The translations under genes were made by a program, and so were the position numbers. From the IMG/VR virus record IMGVR_UViG_3300024518_001342, positions 4,043 to 68,042 of that record: a DNA stretch of 64,000 bases; one strand, written 5' to 3'. The notes under the pieces were generated by a model. It made no database searches. It had not been told where the DNA came from and saw only the letters and a list, made by a program, of their open reading frames with translations. Of this stretch, positions 16,726 through 25,234 are shown piece after piece; positions within the stretch are counted from its first letter, which is position 1, and each line of letters opens with the position of its first letter. The DNA is from a virus.

Positions 16726-17859
16726 CTAAAGAATCCCTGCGGCGGCAAAATCAACATAAGTGTTGGTGGAAGTTGAAATTTCTCTACTTTTCGTAGGACG
16801 ACGTTGGCGGTACTCTATATACATCTTATCTTTTTTCGAATACCTCCCTTCCTGGTTGTTGGTTGGCAAGTGGTAGGCACCATTTCGATTAAGAGTAAAG
16901 GGAATTAATACACCCAACCTCACGTTCTTCGAGGAATCTACAAGGTCAAACTTCAGGCTTTTCTTGTGGCGCTCATACTTGACGGTGGTTCCTTTATCCA
17001 TAATGACTGAGCGAAGTTTTTGGATTGGCGAGCTTGTAAAACTATTGACCATTCGTTTCTTGTCCATAAACAAAATTTCCTCCCTACCATCAAAACAGCC
17101 AATCATCTCTATCATGCGCTTTTTAATTTGAGCGTTAGTGAAGCAATTAAGAATTTTTATCGTGTGGTCGATGCCCTCACTACCCCAAACCGCACAATCA
17201 TTCCGCCATTGTTCAGAGATTTTATCGGTCCACCACGCATACTCGGGATCTCTAGTATACCTTGCCTTTAGCTTCTCTTGAATCTTGTCGAGAGCCCAGA
17301 AAAAAGGAAGTAGCTCGGGCATCCCAAGATTTTTAATTTCTTCATCACGAGCTGGTCCTGGACAGCCCCGAAATACTTCTCCCGATGGAGTAAGAAAGGT
17401 TCCCACGCCATGCGCCTGGAAAAGAAAATTCATCGGGAACGAATTAAATGTACCACTGCACAATTGGGGCTTTCCAATTCCACCCTGACCAGCGTATGCT
17501 TTAAGGGAAACAGATCTTTCATCTTCTTGATCTCCCTCAATCTTTACCACAAAGTCCCCCTTTTTCTTTTCATTTCTATATTGCGCCTCCACATCGATAA
17601 AATCAAATTTGCAACGCGGATAAGTCTCTTTAAGATCCTCATAAAACTGAGGCATATGAAGGTCGTAAATATCCAAATACTTTTTAAACTCGCTGCTCGT
17701 GGTTCTCAAGCCCCTATCACTACAATACTTTTTATACTCGCGCAGCTTGTGTTGTGCATCTTCGTTAATGGCTAGTTTATCATGTTGTGCAAAGTCCGTA
17801 AGTTTCCAAACGGCTAACTTCTCACAAGCATCTTGAATATAATGTTTTTCGGTGTCCAT
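16726..17859 (-). CDS. Putative type II restriction endonuclease (PD-(D/E)xK-like)
   Basis: KGDFVV...SVSLKAY catalytic-like pattern; lies 5 nt upstream of the MTase. Confidence 0.5.
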   Translation of the reverse strand: MDTEKHYIQDACEKLAVWKLTDFAQHDKLAINEDAQHKLREYKKYCSDRGLRTTSSEFKKYLDIYDLHMPQFYEDLKETYPRCKFDFIDVEAQYRNEKKKGDFVVKIEGDQEDERSVSLKAYAGQGGIGKPQLCSGTFNSFPMNFLFQAHGVGTFLTPSGEVFRGCPGPARDEEIKNLGMPELLPFFWALDKIQEKLKARYTRDPEYAWWTDKISEQWRNDCAVWGSEGIDHTIKILNCFTNAQIKKRMIEMIGCFDGREEILFMDKKRMVNSFTSSPIQKLRSVIMDKGTTVKYERHKKSLKFDLVDSSKNVRLGVLIPFTLNRNGAYHLPTNNQEGRYSKKDKMYIEYRQRRPTKSREISTSTNTYVDFAAAGIL

Positions 17860-17862
17860 GGT

Positions 17863-18798
17863 TTACTCTCCTCTCTCTCTAGGATAGGCTAACTCTAGCA
17901 CCCCTGGATTGTGTTTGTCAAATAGTTTTTTCAATTTCTTTGTTTCTTTCTTAGTCCGCCCAAGAATATATATATATTTATGTTTTGTTGGCGACTTCCG
18001 TTTGCTGCACCGTTCCTGGTGTGCCTTACGTTCTTGTTTTAATTGTTTAGAAATGTCTTCTGGGATTGTTTTCCAATTTACTTTGCGATAGTTTTTCTTT
18101 TTGCCCACCATTTTATACCACTCGGGTTGCCATTCAATTCCTAATTTTTTTGCATAGCGCACAATCTGACTTCGGTCAGCAAAGCCACTGCTACCAAACC
18201 ATCCACGCTTGGGATTGTCCGGGTCAAGGTATTGACTTCCAGCACCAAATTTCTGCCCTAAATAGATAAAATTACACGCTTGATAGATTGTTCCTAGTTC
18301 CTTTGCCTCGGGATCTGAATAGGCTGAAAATGCCCTAAATTCAGTGTTTTTTACCATATACTTAATGGACTTGGTTATGAGCCAAGAAGCCAGATTTTTG
18401 GGAGCCCACGAGATACAGGCTCCTCGGCTTATTAATTTTTCTTTATTTTTATTTTCTTCGCCCAAAATGTTAGAAAATGAATTGGGGGTTGCCATGATGA
18501 TAACCCCGGCTAATGCGTCATTCTTTTTTAGTCGTGCTGTGAAGCGATGCGTTAGCCAGATTGGAAGTTTGCCAAGCCATTCGTGTCGTTCGATAAATTG
18601 TTTAATTTCGTCGCACTGTTCTTTGTTGGTCTTATCAACATAAGAAAACTCGAAGTCTTCAATTCTTAAATTATTATATTCTTCCTGGGTAAGTTCGGCT
18701 TCTTGGAGATCTTTTATTAAGTTTTGTTGCCGGATCTCGTATTGCCAACAATGATTCTTTTTGTAATCTTTAAATCTATCGTAAACTTCTTGCTTCAT
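17863..18798 (-). CDS. Mom-like (GNAT) adenine modification enzyme
   Basis: FIERHEWLG, ISRGAC and AYSDPEAKELGTIYQACNFIYLG match the Mu Mom family pattern. Confidence 0.75.
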   Translation of the reverse strand: MKQEVYDRFKDYKKNHCWQYEIRQQNLIKDLQEAELTQEEYNNLRIEDFEFSYVDKTNKEQCDEIKQFIERHEWLGKLPIWLTHRFTARLKKNDALAGVIIMATPNSFSNILGEENKNKEKLISRGACISWAPKNLASWLITKSIKYMVKNTEFRAFSAYSDPEAKELGTIYQACNFIYLGQKFGAGSQYLDPDNPKRGWFGSSGFADRSQIVRYAKKLGIEWQPEWYKMVGKKKNYRKVNWKTIPEDISKQLKQERKAHQERCSKRKSPTKHKYIYILGRTKKETKKLKKLFDKHNPGVLELAYPRERGE

Positions 18799-20045
18799 TC
18801 TTCGCTCATGAGATTTTCTATCATCTCAGTGAGCATGTTATATGAAAGGGGAGTGGTTGTCAAGTGTTCTTTTTGTTGCTCGGGTTCTTTTTCCGAAGGT
18901 GGAACAAACACCGCAGAACCTAATTCCACCATCATTTTATATTCTTTTCCGGGGCGGATTTTTGTACGAAGTTGAAAGACGCGATCTCGATCATAATCCG
19001 ATTTTTCACCTTCAGGAACGTTCAAAAAATAAAAAATAGGATCACCATTATCTTGTGTTCCTTCCTCAACTGTTAGCGTACCCTTATCATCCCGAATTTG
19101 ATCAAGCCTGTCTTTGGTGATTTCAATAACTTTATTAGCTTTTACGTCTATAATATCTACCTTGTCTTCCCCGTAAGTGTTGTGATTAATAAACTGATAT
19201 GCTTTTTTCGTAAACTCTGGGCTATCATCAGTAGCCATTAACTCATCTCCAAAGTCACGAAACATTTGACGGACAAGCTTTGGACTTAATCCTTGCTTCT
19301 TGACAGCACCTTGATAACCCTTCATCTTGCCCTTAAATCCTGAAAAGTTCCATGCTTCAGCAATTTCAGACAAAGATTTTAACACTCCACGATTGGAAAC
19401 AGTTTTGGAATCCGATTTCAAAGACCAATCAATTTCTTCAACGGGATCAAGATCCGCGTCTTTCAATTCTTCTTCTGTTCCTTCAGAAGCTTTGATTGTA
19501 AGTTTAACATCGCCTTTAAGTTTTCCCCCAGAACCTTCCCCGGCCACCCCGTCAGCAATCACATGGAACTCAACAACTTCTTTTTTGGTGTTGTTGAGTA
19601 TCTCATCTCTCATTTTCATAATTTTTTTAACAGCTTCTTTATCAGCAAGTTGAGCAAAAATCGCATTTGTTTTTTTAGAAATAGACGGTACTTCTTGCAT
19701 CCATTTACCAAAAGACATTCCGGTAGTTTTAACAGACTTCAAGCGTAAGGTAAGTTTAACAATGAAGTGATCGGGGTCGCCCCCCATCTTAATGGCGACT
19801 ACTTGTTTGCTGAAACGTTGGGAAGGATCAACTGATTTTTGAAGTTGAGTAAACTTTGCTTTAAATTTATCATCAATTTTGCCATAAGCAATATAAAGTG
19901 CTAACGCTATAGCAAACAACCCTTCAGCAATATCTCCCTCGTTTTTATTAAATTCAGGCATTTCTTCCTTTACCGCTTCCGTTACCGCTTCCGTAAGCAT
20001 CTTGTAAGATAATGACTTTATTATCTCGTTCTTTTTCTTTTTCAT
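18795..20045 (-). CDS. Hypothetical protein, possible PD-(D/E)xK nuclease fold with terminal LTE helices
   Basis: GDIAEG...KGDVKL...WSLK; related LSYKMLTEA and LSYNMLTEM motifs at the two ends. Confidence 0.5.
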   Translation of the reverse strand: MKKKKNEIIKSLSYKMLTEAVTEAVKEEMPEFNKNEGDIAEGLFAIALALYIAYGKIDDKFKAKFTQLQKSVDPSQRFSKQVVAIKMGGDPDHFIVKLTLRLKSVKTTGMSFGKWMQEVPSISKKTNAIFAQLADKEAVKKIMKMRDEILNNTKKEVVEFHVIADGVAGEGSGGKLKGDVKLTIKASEGTEEELKDADLDPVEEIDWSLKSDSKTVSNRGVLKSLSEIAEAWNFSGFKGKMKGYQGAVKKQGLSPKLVRQMFRDFGDELMATDDSPEFTKKAYQFINHNTYGEDKVDIIDVKANKVIEITKDRLDQIRDDKGTLTVEEGTQDNGDPIFYFLNVPEGEKSDYDRDRVFQLRTKIRPGKEYKMMVELGSAVFVPPSEKEPEQQKEHLTTTPLSYNMLTEMIENLMSEE

Positions 20046-20815
20046 TGTTTTAATACCTCATCCAATTTTAGTCCCGCGCAATCAATCTTTCGTTTTGTAA
20101 TGTGATAATGGCTTACCACACCTTTAAACTTTGCGTTCTTTGCGTCACTATAAATAGTTTCTACTAATTGATTATTCCCCATCGGCGCAACAAGGGGAAT
20201 ATCATAAATTTTATTGAGTGTTTTCGCCAAAGCTTTGAAGGCTTCAATCTGAACTGGATAGAATCCTAAGTGTGGCTCAAGCGTCTTGCCGTGGACCTTG
20301 GCATCCTTTACTAATGGGCGCATCCCAAAGCCTCGCGTGATATAAGATTCGCGATATTTAGGATAATAGGCATTAGAGATTTCAACGCCAATGCTGGTAT
20401 TATTAACCTTACGACTTCCTGCGTGAAAGGCAATATCGTTGGTGTCCATTATTTGATAAATGGTTCCGTCATTATCAATCAAAAAATGAACTGATAGTTT
20501 TCGTTTCGATAAGACCTTGAAGCAGGACGCAGAGGATAGACACACATCCCAATGAGCCACAAACATTGTTGGCTTGCGCTTTGCTGGTGCTGTCCTATAA
20601 CAATTGCTCGGGAGTTCCATTCCATCTTCTGTGCGGAAGTTCTTTACTTTATCCCATTCAATATGCCACAACTGACCATTAGCAATAATGCCGGTTAGTT
20701 TTTTAGCTTTGGGTGGTTCATAAAATTCTATCTCTGTCGCCTTGCGTCGGTAGACTGAATCTAAATCAACTGAGCCGTTCTTAAATAGAGAACAAATTGG
20801 CTCATACCACTTCAT
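20042..20815 (-). CDS. N-acetylmuramoyl-L-alanine amidase (Amidase_2), endolysin candidate
   Basis: VAHWD, SVHFLIDNDGTIYQ, AFHAG, SIGVEI, VSH and KIDC zinc-amidase motifs. Confidence 0.85.
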   Translation of the reverse strand: MKWYEPICSLFKNGSVDLDSVYRRKATEIEFYEPPKAKKLTGIIANGQLWHIEWDKVKNFRTEDGMELPSNCYRTAPAKRKPTMFVAHWDVCLSSASCFKVLSKRKLSVHFLIDNDGTIYQIMDTNDIAFHAGSRKVNNTSIGVEISNAYYPKYRESYITRGFGMRPLVKDAKVHGKTLEPHLGFYPVQIEAFKALAKTLNKIYDIPLVAPMGNNQLVETIYSDAKNAKFKGVVSHYHITKRKIDCAGLKLDEVLKQ

Positions 20816-21443
20816 CAGCTATGCCCCACTTTACAGCTTGCTCCGCATTAAAGTATGTGTCTGTCTTTTTTCTGAATATTGCTTTAAGTTCCTTGAGGCT
20901 TAGTTTTGTTTCCTCAAGGAGTGCGCTTGTTAGTTGTTGCTGATACCATCGTACTTCGCGAATATCTGTTTCTAGTTCTTTGATAGAACCAAAGTGACCA
21001 CCTTGAACGGAGTGCATCATCAGCCTACAATTCTTTCCAACCTTGCGTTTGCCGGGTGTTCCCCCTGCTAAAAGTAAAATACCAGCAGACATAATCTTTC
21101 CTACGCCAAATGTTTCTATGTCGCAATCCCTTCTAACCAATCGCATACAATCATAGATAGCAAACATGTCCTGAACGTGGCCACCCTCGGTGGAAACAAG
21201 AAGCTCAATAGGATCGCAAGGTTCATCAGGATTTTCCTTTTTGGATTGCTCATCGCAGATTTTATCATGCAAAATTTGAAGGGCTTGAATTGCCTCTCTC
21301 CCTTGATCTTCGTTAATCTCTCCATAGATGGCGAACGATCTTAAGTAAGAGTCTCCGCCCAAATCGGGAAACATTAATACTTGGGGTTCATCCTTGTCTT
21401 CAGTGTCTTCGGCTTCGCCAGGTGCTTCTTCATTGGTCGTCAT
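20802..21443 (-). CDS. clpP: ClpP-family serine protease
   Basis: STEGG, IMSAG (Ser), LMMH (His) and DTYFNAEQAVKWGIADEV. Confidence 0.85.
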   Translation of the reverse strand: MTTNEEAPGEAEDTEDKDEPQVLMFPDLGGDSYLRSFAIYGEINEDQGREAIQALQILHDKICDEQSKKENPDEPCDPIELLVSTEGGHVQDMFAIYDCMRLVRRDCDIETFGVGKIMSAGILLLAGGTPGKRKVGKNCRLMMHSVQGGHFGSIKELETDIREVRWYQQQLTSALLEETKLSLKELKAIFRKKTDTYFNAEQAVKWGIADEVV

Positions 21444-21843
21444 TATTTGCTTCCTTGTGTCTGTCTTCTTGATAAATATCAGTCAAAACTCTCATGGCGC
21501 TTTTCCAATCAAAAACTTCAAGTTGCCACTTGTAGTCTTCGGGATAGTGTTCCTTAAAAAGTTGTATGGTTTCTTTTTTCCAATCATCAAACTCGTTGTC
21601 TAACTCATTACGTTTAAGTTTAGCAAGTTCTGAATCTAATGTCAAGGCAATTGATCGCTGATATAGTTGATCCATAAAAGAAACTTTATAGACGATGGTG
21701 CCCATAAGTTTGAGGCACTGATCACCAACCTTGCGAACTAGGTGTGCGGTTGCGGACCATCCAGAACGGAAAGTCAAAAATGATTTGATAATGTAACCAA
21801 TAAAAAAACCAATAACCAACAAGGCGAAGTTTGCGTCTTCCAT
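21430..21843 (-). CDS. Hypothetical protein with N-terminal TM anchor
   Basis: FALLVIGFFIGYII; TTTACT-N17-TATAAT promoter directly upstream. Confidence 0.65.
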   Translation of the reverse strand: MEDANFALLVIGFFIGYIIKSFLTFRSGWSATAHLVRKVGDQCLKLMGTIVYKVSFMDQLYQRSIALTLDSELAKLKRNELDNEFDDWKKETIQLFKEHYPEDYKWQLEVFDWKSAMRVLTDIYQEDRHKEANNDDQ

Positions 21844-21851
21844 TAGTTATT

Positions 21852-21880
21852 ATTATACACAATCACTCAGTAAAAGTAAA
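21852..21880 (-). promoter_or_regulatory. sigma70-type promoter (extended -10)
   Basis: Minus strand TTTACT-N17-TATAAT with TG; ATG 8 nt downstream; no SD. Confidence 0.55.
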
Positions 21881-21969
21881 ATTATTGTGAGAGATAAAAG
21901 TATCCCAATGTGAAAGCCCGCAGAAAATATGGCTATTTTTTCAGGCATAAGCCGTTCGGATTGTAAGCT

Positions 21970-22743
21970 CTACTTCTTTTGTAATCGGGCAAAAATACGG
22001 TCGGCAATTTTATTAATTTTCGCCTCTTGCAGTCGCGCTCGTTTTTCTTTGCGGAGTCGTGCGATAACTCGTTTGCGAACTGCTTCGTTGAGCTTCTTAT
22101 CGTCAATAACTTCAATGCCAAGTTTGGCGAGTGCTTCTTCTAGCTCCTCAATTTCTTCTTCGCCTTCGATTTCAACTTCTTCTTCGCCACCAACATCACT
22201 CATTTCAACTTCAGCTTCGGCGTCAACAACTTCTTCACCACCTTCGAGTGCGCCACTTGCTTCTAGTTGTGCTGCGAGATCGACAATTGCTTGTGCAGCT
22301 TCGGGAGTAATTTCGGCATCGCCTCCTGATGCTTCCGCATCAAGTTCTGCGCCTTCTTCGTCTGCGATGTCATCTTCTGCGCCAAGCTCATCTCCCATAG
22401 CATCAATTTCTTCTTCTTCGTGTTCGTCTTCCGCAAAAAGATTTTCGTTTGTACTTGATTCTTGTCCGTCTGCCTTTGGTCTGTAACCAGGAGATTTTGC
22501 TTTTGGACCTTTTTCTGGCTTGTCTTCTTCACCCTTGCCTGGTGTGCCGTATGCGTCTTTCTTGTAGCCGTCTTCACCTGGCTCGTCTTTTTGACCCTTC
22601 TTGGTTGTCCTTCCCTTTGCATCACCTGTGCCATAATCTTCTGCAAAGAATGATTCACTTAACTCGGGAATATCAGCAAGCCTCATCATCCTGCGGACGG
22701 TTGCCTCATTCAATAGAGATTTTGATTTCTTGTTTTTTGCCAT
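21970..22743 (-). CDS. Acidic putative prohead core/internal protein
   Basis: Very Glu-rich; LLNEATVRRMMRLA, KLNEAV and RLQEA motifs resemble the scaffold; AAGGAG SD; ACTATTTA at 22783-22790. Confidence 0.55.
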   Translation of the reverse strand: MAKNKKSKSLLNEATVRRMMRLADIPELSESFFAEDYGTGDAKGRTTKKGQKDEPGEDGYKKDAYGTPGKGEEDKPEKGPKAKSPGYRPKADGQESSTNENLFAEDEHEEEEIDAMGDELGAEDDIADEEGAELDAEASGGDAEITPEAAQAIVDLAAQLEASGALEGGEEVVDAEAEVEMSDVGGEEEVEIEGEEEIEELEEALAKLGIEVIDDKKLNEAVRKRVIARLRKEKRARLQEAKINKIADRIFARLQKK

Positions 22744-22868
22744 TTTGCGATTGTCTCCTTAAAACTTAATCGGTTTATACAATAAATAGTGCCTAAAGAC
22801 ACAAAAAACCATATTATAGTATCTTTAGTTTGGTGAGTGGTGAGGGGGTCTTAATTTACACTTTGTTT

Positions 22869-23123
22869 TTATTCCTCGTCGCTCAACTCCTCACGAAATT
22901 GGGGGTGAGTTTTTGACACCCTGGCTAACGCCTTGTTCTCAATCTGCTTGACCCTGGAAGCAGTTAGTTTTAGTCTATCTCCAATTTTTGTTAAAGTCAG
23001 GCTGCCTTCTTTCTGAACTGTTATTTCTACACAGTTAAGATCCTGGGGATAATCCATCCACAAGCGACATTCTTTTACCTGGCAACACTTCTTTTCCTTT
23101 TGGCACTTGGTATAACATTTCAT
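22869..23123 (-). CDS. Small Cys-rich protein with sigma70 region-4 HTH
   Basis: LTLTKIGDRLKLTASRVKQIENKALARV matches sigma region 4.2; six N-terminal Cys. Confidence 0.75.
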   Translation of the reverse strand: MKCYTKCQKEKKCCQVKECRLWMDYPQDLNCVEITVQKEGSLTLTKIGDRLKLTASRVKQIENKALARVSKTHPQFREELSDEE

Positions 23124-23479
23124 AAATCCGGGTGCTCCTGTTCTAGCATATCAAAAATATTTTCTACTTCATCATCTTCCAGGGCAAAAGTGTTTTTAGT
23201 TTGTTTCATCTCTACTAGATTCTTTTCTACCTTCTTTAATTGCGCCTTGCTTTGAACTTTAGTATCCCCTTTCATCTTCGCTATAAAGTTCATAAAGTCC
23301 TCATCCCTATTGATGTATCCGTCTATCATTCCACGCAAAAATTTGGCTTGGGTAAGACTATCATACTGAAGCTGAACCTTGAACTTGGCTTTGTCGTTTG
23401 CTGGAATGGTAAAGATTATCTTTTTAGTCTTCTCGATCATTATCTTTCCATTGTTTTGATGGTAGGACCGCTGACCCAA
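23120..23479 (-). CDS. Hypothetical protein
   Basis: ORF track; real start probably MIEKTKK at 23440. Confidence 0.6.
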   Translation of the reverse strand: MGQRSYHQNNGKIMIEKTKKIIFTIPANDKAKFKVQLQYDSLTQAKFLRGMIDGYINRDEDFMNFIAKMKGDTKVQSKAQLKKVEKNLVEMKQTKNTFALEDDEVENIFDMLEQEHPDL

Positions 23480-23928
23480 CGGAATTTTCCCATATCGAAC
23501 ACAACCAACGCAGAAGGGAATGGGGCTGAATTTTGTTTATCGTTTCCGTTTGTGAACTTCAGCCGACCCTTAATAAAGTAAATAGCGTTTGCTTCCATCA
23601 CATAATCGTGCCAATACTTAGTGTCGGTACGGGAAGGGATCAGCATAACCACAGTCGCATTGTTCTGAGTTGATTCCTCATAAGATTTCTTTACCCACTT
23701 ACTTATGTCTCCATAAGGAGGGTTGACAAAGACAACCTCGTTTTCCCAACTCTGCGAAAGGCCATCGTCTTCCCTGGTATAATACTTCTCACACTTAGCA
23801 GTGGTAGGAGTGCTACACGGGTCAAGGGTAAACTTAAATTTTTTGTTTAACTTAGCAAAGAATTCAGGCGGGGTTCCCCACTCATTAGTCTTTGAGCTAA
23901 ACATCGTCTTTTGTGTTTGTATATCCAT
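23440..23928 (-). CDS. Phage DNA N6-adenine methyltransferase (Dam-like family)
   Basis: EWGTP, FTLDPC, DGLSQSW, VFVNPPY, LIPSRTDT and GRLKF motifs. Confidence 0.88.
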   Translation of the reverse strand: MDIQTQKTMFSSKTNEWGTPPEFFAKLNKKFKFTLDPCSTPTTAKCEKYYTREDDGLSQSWENEVVFVNPPYGDISKWVKKSYEESTQNNATVVMLIPSRTDTKYWHDYVMEANAIYFIKGRLKFTNGNDKQNSAPFPSALVVFDMGKFRWVSGPTIKTMER

Positions 23929-24274
23929 CTTTTATTTCCTTTATCAAATTGTTTGCACGGTCCCAACATTCGGGACAGTAAAGCCGAACTGTATCTTCTT
24001 TAACAATAACGCTCCAACTCATTACCATCTCTTTATTCTTTTTATCGAAGTCCTTCTGGCACACCAAGCATTCTTCACCTAACTTGTTAAAGAGCCCCAC
24101 TTTTTCTTGGAGATCTTTCTTGGCTTCTTTTTCTTGTTTCCGTTTTAGTTTCTTCTTTAGACTAGACACTTTTTTCTTCTTTCTTGTCCGTAGATCCCAA
24201 TGCGCCGTCTCCTCTCTCAGAAATAGTAATCGGATACCAATCGTAAAGATCTCCACTCGCAGTTTCAAGCGCAC
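23897..24274 (-). CDS. Hypothetical Zn-ribbon protein
   Basis: CLVC...YCPEC; real start probably the GTG at VSSLKKK, overlapping the dUTPase end. Confidence 0.6.
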   Translation of the reverse strand: MRLKLRVEIFTIGIRLLFLREETAHWDLRTRKKKKVSSLKKKLKRKQEKEAKKDLQEKVGLFNKLGEECLVCQKDFDKKNKEMVMSWSVIVKEDTVRLYCPECWDRANNLIKEIKDGYTNTKDDV

Positions 24275-24662
24275 GGAAATGAACCACCGGAGTCATTACC
24301 GCTTGGGCAATCTTCGTTTGGGGTTCAATGATTTGTGTCTCCGTTCCAATATTGTGCAGATTTACAAACACTTCACCATCGTATCCCGAATCAACAACAC
24401 ACGCGCCAACGATCAAAGATCGCTTTGCTGCAATTCCTGAACGGTTTTTGATCTCAAGCATATACCCATGAGGTACGCCGAAGCGATAGCCTGTGGACAA
24501 GACTGCACACTTACCAGGCTCAATCGTTACACTGTCTTGGTTTGGGCTCGGTAACAATCCTTGTGGTTCGGGGTTAAAATATAAATCCAACCCCGCATCA
24601 CTTGGGTTTGCTCTTTCTGGTGGGTGGACATCCTTTCTTAATCTTGTATATTCAATAATCAT
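24162..24662 (-). CDS. dut: Trimeric dUTPase
   Basis: AGLDL, RSG, VVDSGYDGE, KIAQ and RGDGALGST motifs. Confidence 0.93.
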   Translation of the reverse strand: MIIEYTRLRKDVHPPERANPSDAGLDLYFNPEPQGLLPSPNQDSVTIEPGKCAVLSTGYRFGVPHGYMLEIKNRSGIAAKRSLIVGACVVDSGYDGEVFVNLHNIGTETQIIEPQTKIAQAVMTPVVHFRALETASGDLYDWYPITISERGDGALGSTDKKEEKSV

Positions 24663-25040
24663 TTATCTTTCCTTTGAGGCACTTGCCTCACTTCTAAAAC
24701 TCAACCAAGAACGAACCAAGTCTCCTCGGCCCGGACCTTGCGAGTGTGTGTTGTACCACATAACTTTCCATCCTATCTCCTCGTAGTCGGTCAAGATGGA
24801 GGAGTCTTTATGTAAAATATCTGTCCACTCTGAAGGGACATCAATTTCCAGACCCTTGGGCTTGCGAGTTTCTGCCAATTTACTTCTCAGTCGTTCATTG
24901 ATGGTGCGCCTGATTGTTCTTTTCAAGACATGTCTCATCTTGATTGTATTTCCTTCTGGTGGATTTAGGTCTTCAATCAGCACCTCATATTCATTCTTCA
25001 TTAAAAATAACACCTCTCGCACATGAAAATTAAGATCCAT
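24663..25040 (-). CDS. Hypothetical protein
   Basis: ORF track; start probably MKNEY. Confidence 0.55.
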   Translation of the reverse strand: MDLNFHVREVLFLMKNEYEVLIEDLNPPEGNTIKMRHVLKRTIRRTINERLRSKLAETRKPKGLEIDVPSEWTDILHKDSSILTDYEEIGWKVMWYNTHSQGPGRGDLVRSWLSFRSEASASKER

Positions 25041-25231
25041 CCTCCTGACATTGGATCTTTTACTATATCAAATTCTTTAACCTTTTTGTGCTCCCGACCT
25101 AATTTATTAGCGTGAAATACTCCGCGCTCAAGCAAGTATTCGGAGATACTTCCTTCTGCTTCAGCTTCCGCCTCATCAGATCCAATAATTAATCTATACA
25201 CCTCTAGTGTGTGTTCTTCTTGTGTAAACAT
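25001..25231 (-). CDS. Hypothetical protein
   Basis: ORF track; tightly packed after dnaE. Confidence 0.55.
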   Translation of the reverse strand: MFTQEEHTLEVYRLIIGSDEAEAEAEGSISEYLLERGVFHANKLGREHKKVKEFDIVKDPMSGGWILIFMCERCYF

Positions 25232-25234
25232 TTT

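Noticed and set aside
21880-21970. Possible tRNA or structured RNA in intergenic gaps (also 2400-2457 and 22790-22868)
   Set aside because: No cloverleaf, T-loop consensus or convincing conserved structure could be seen by eye; tRNAscan-SE or Infernal would be needed to exclude it.
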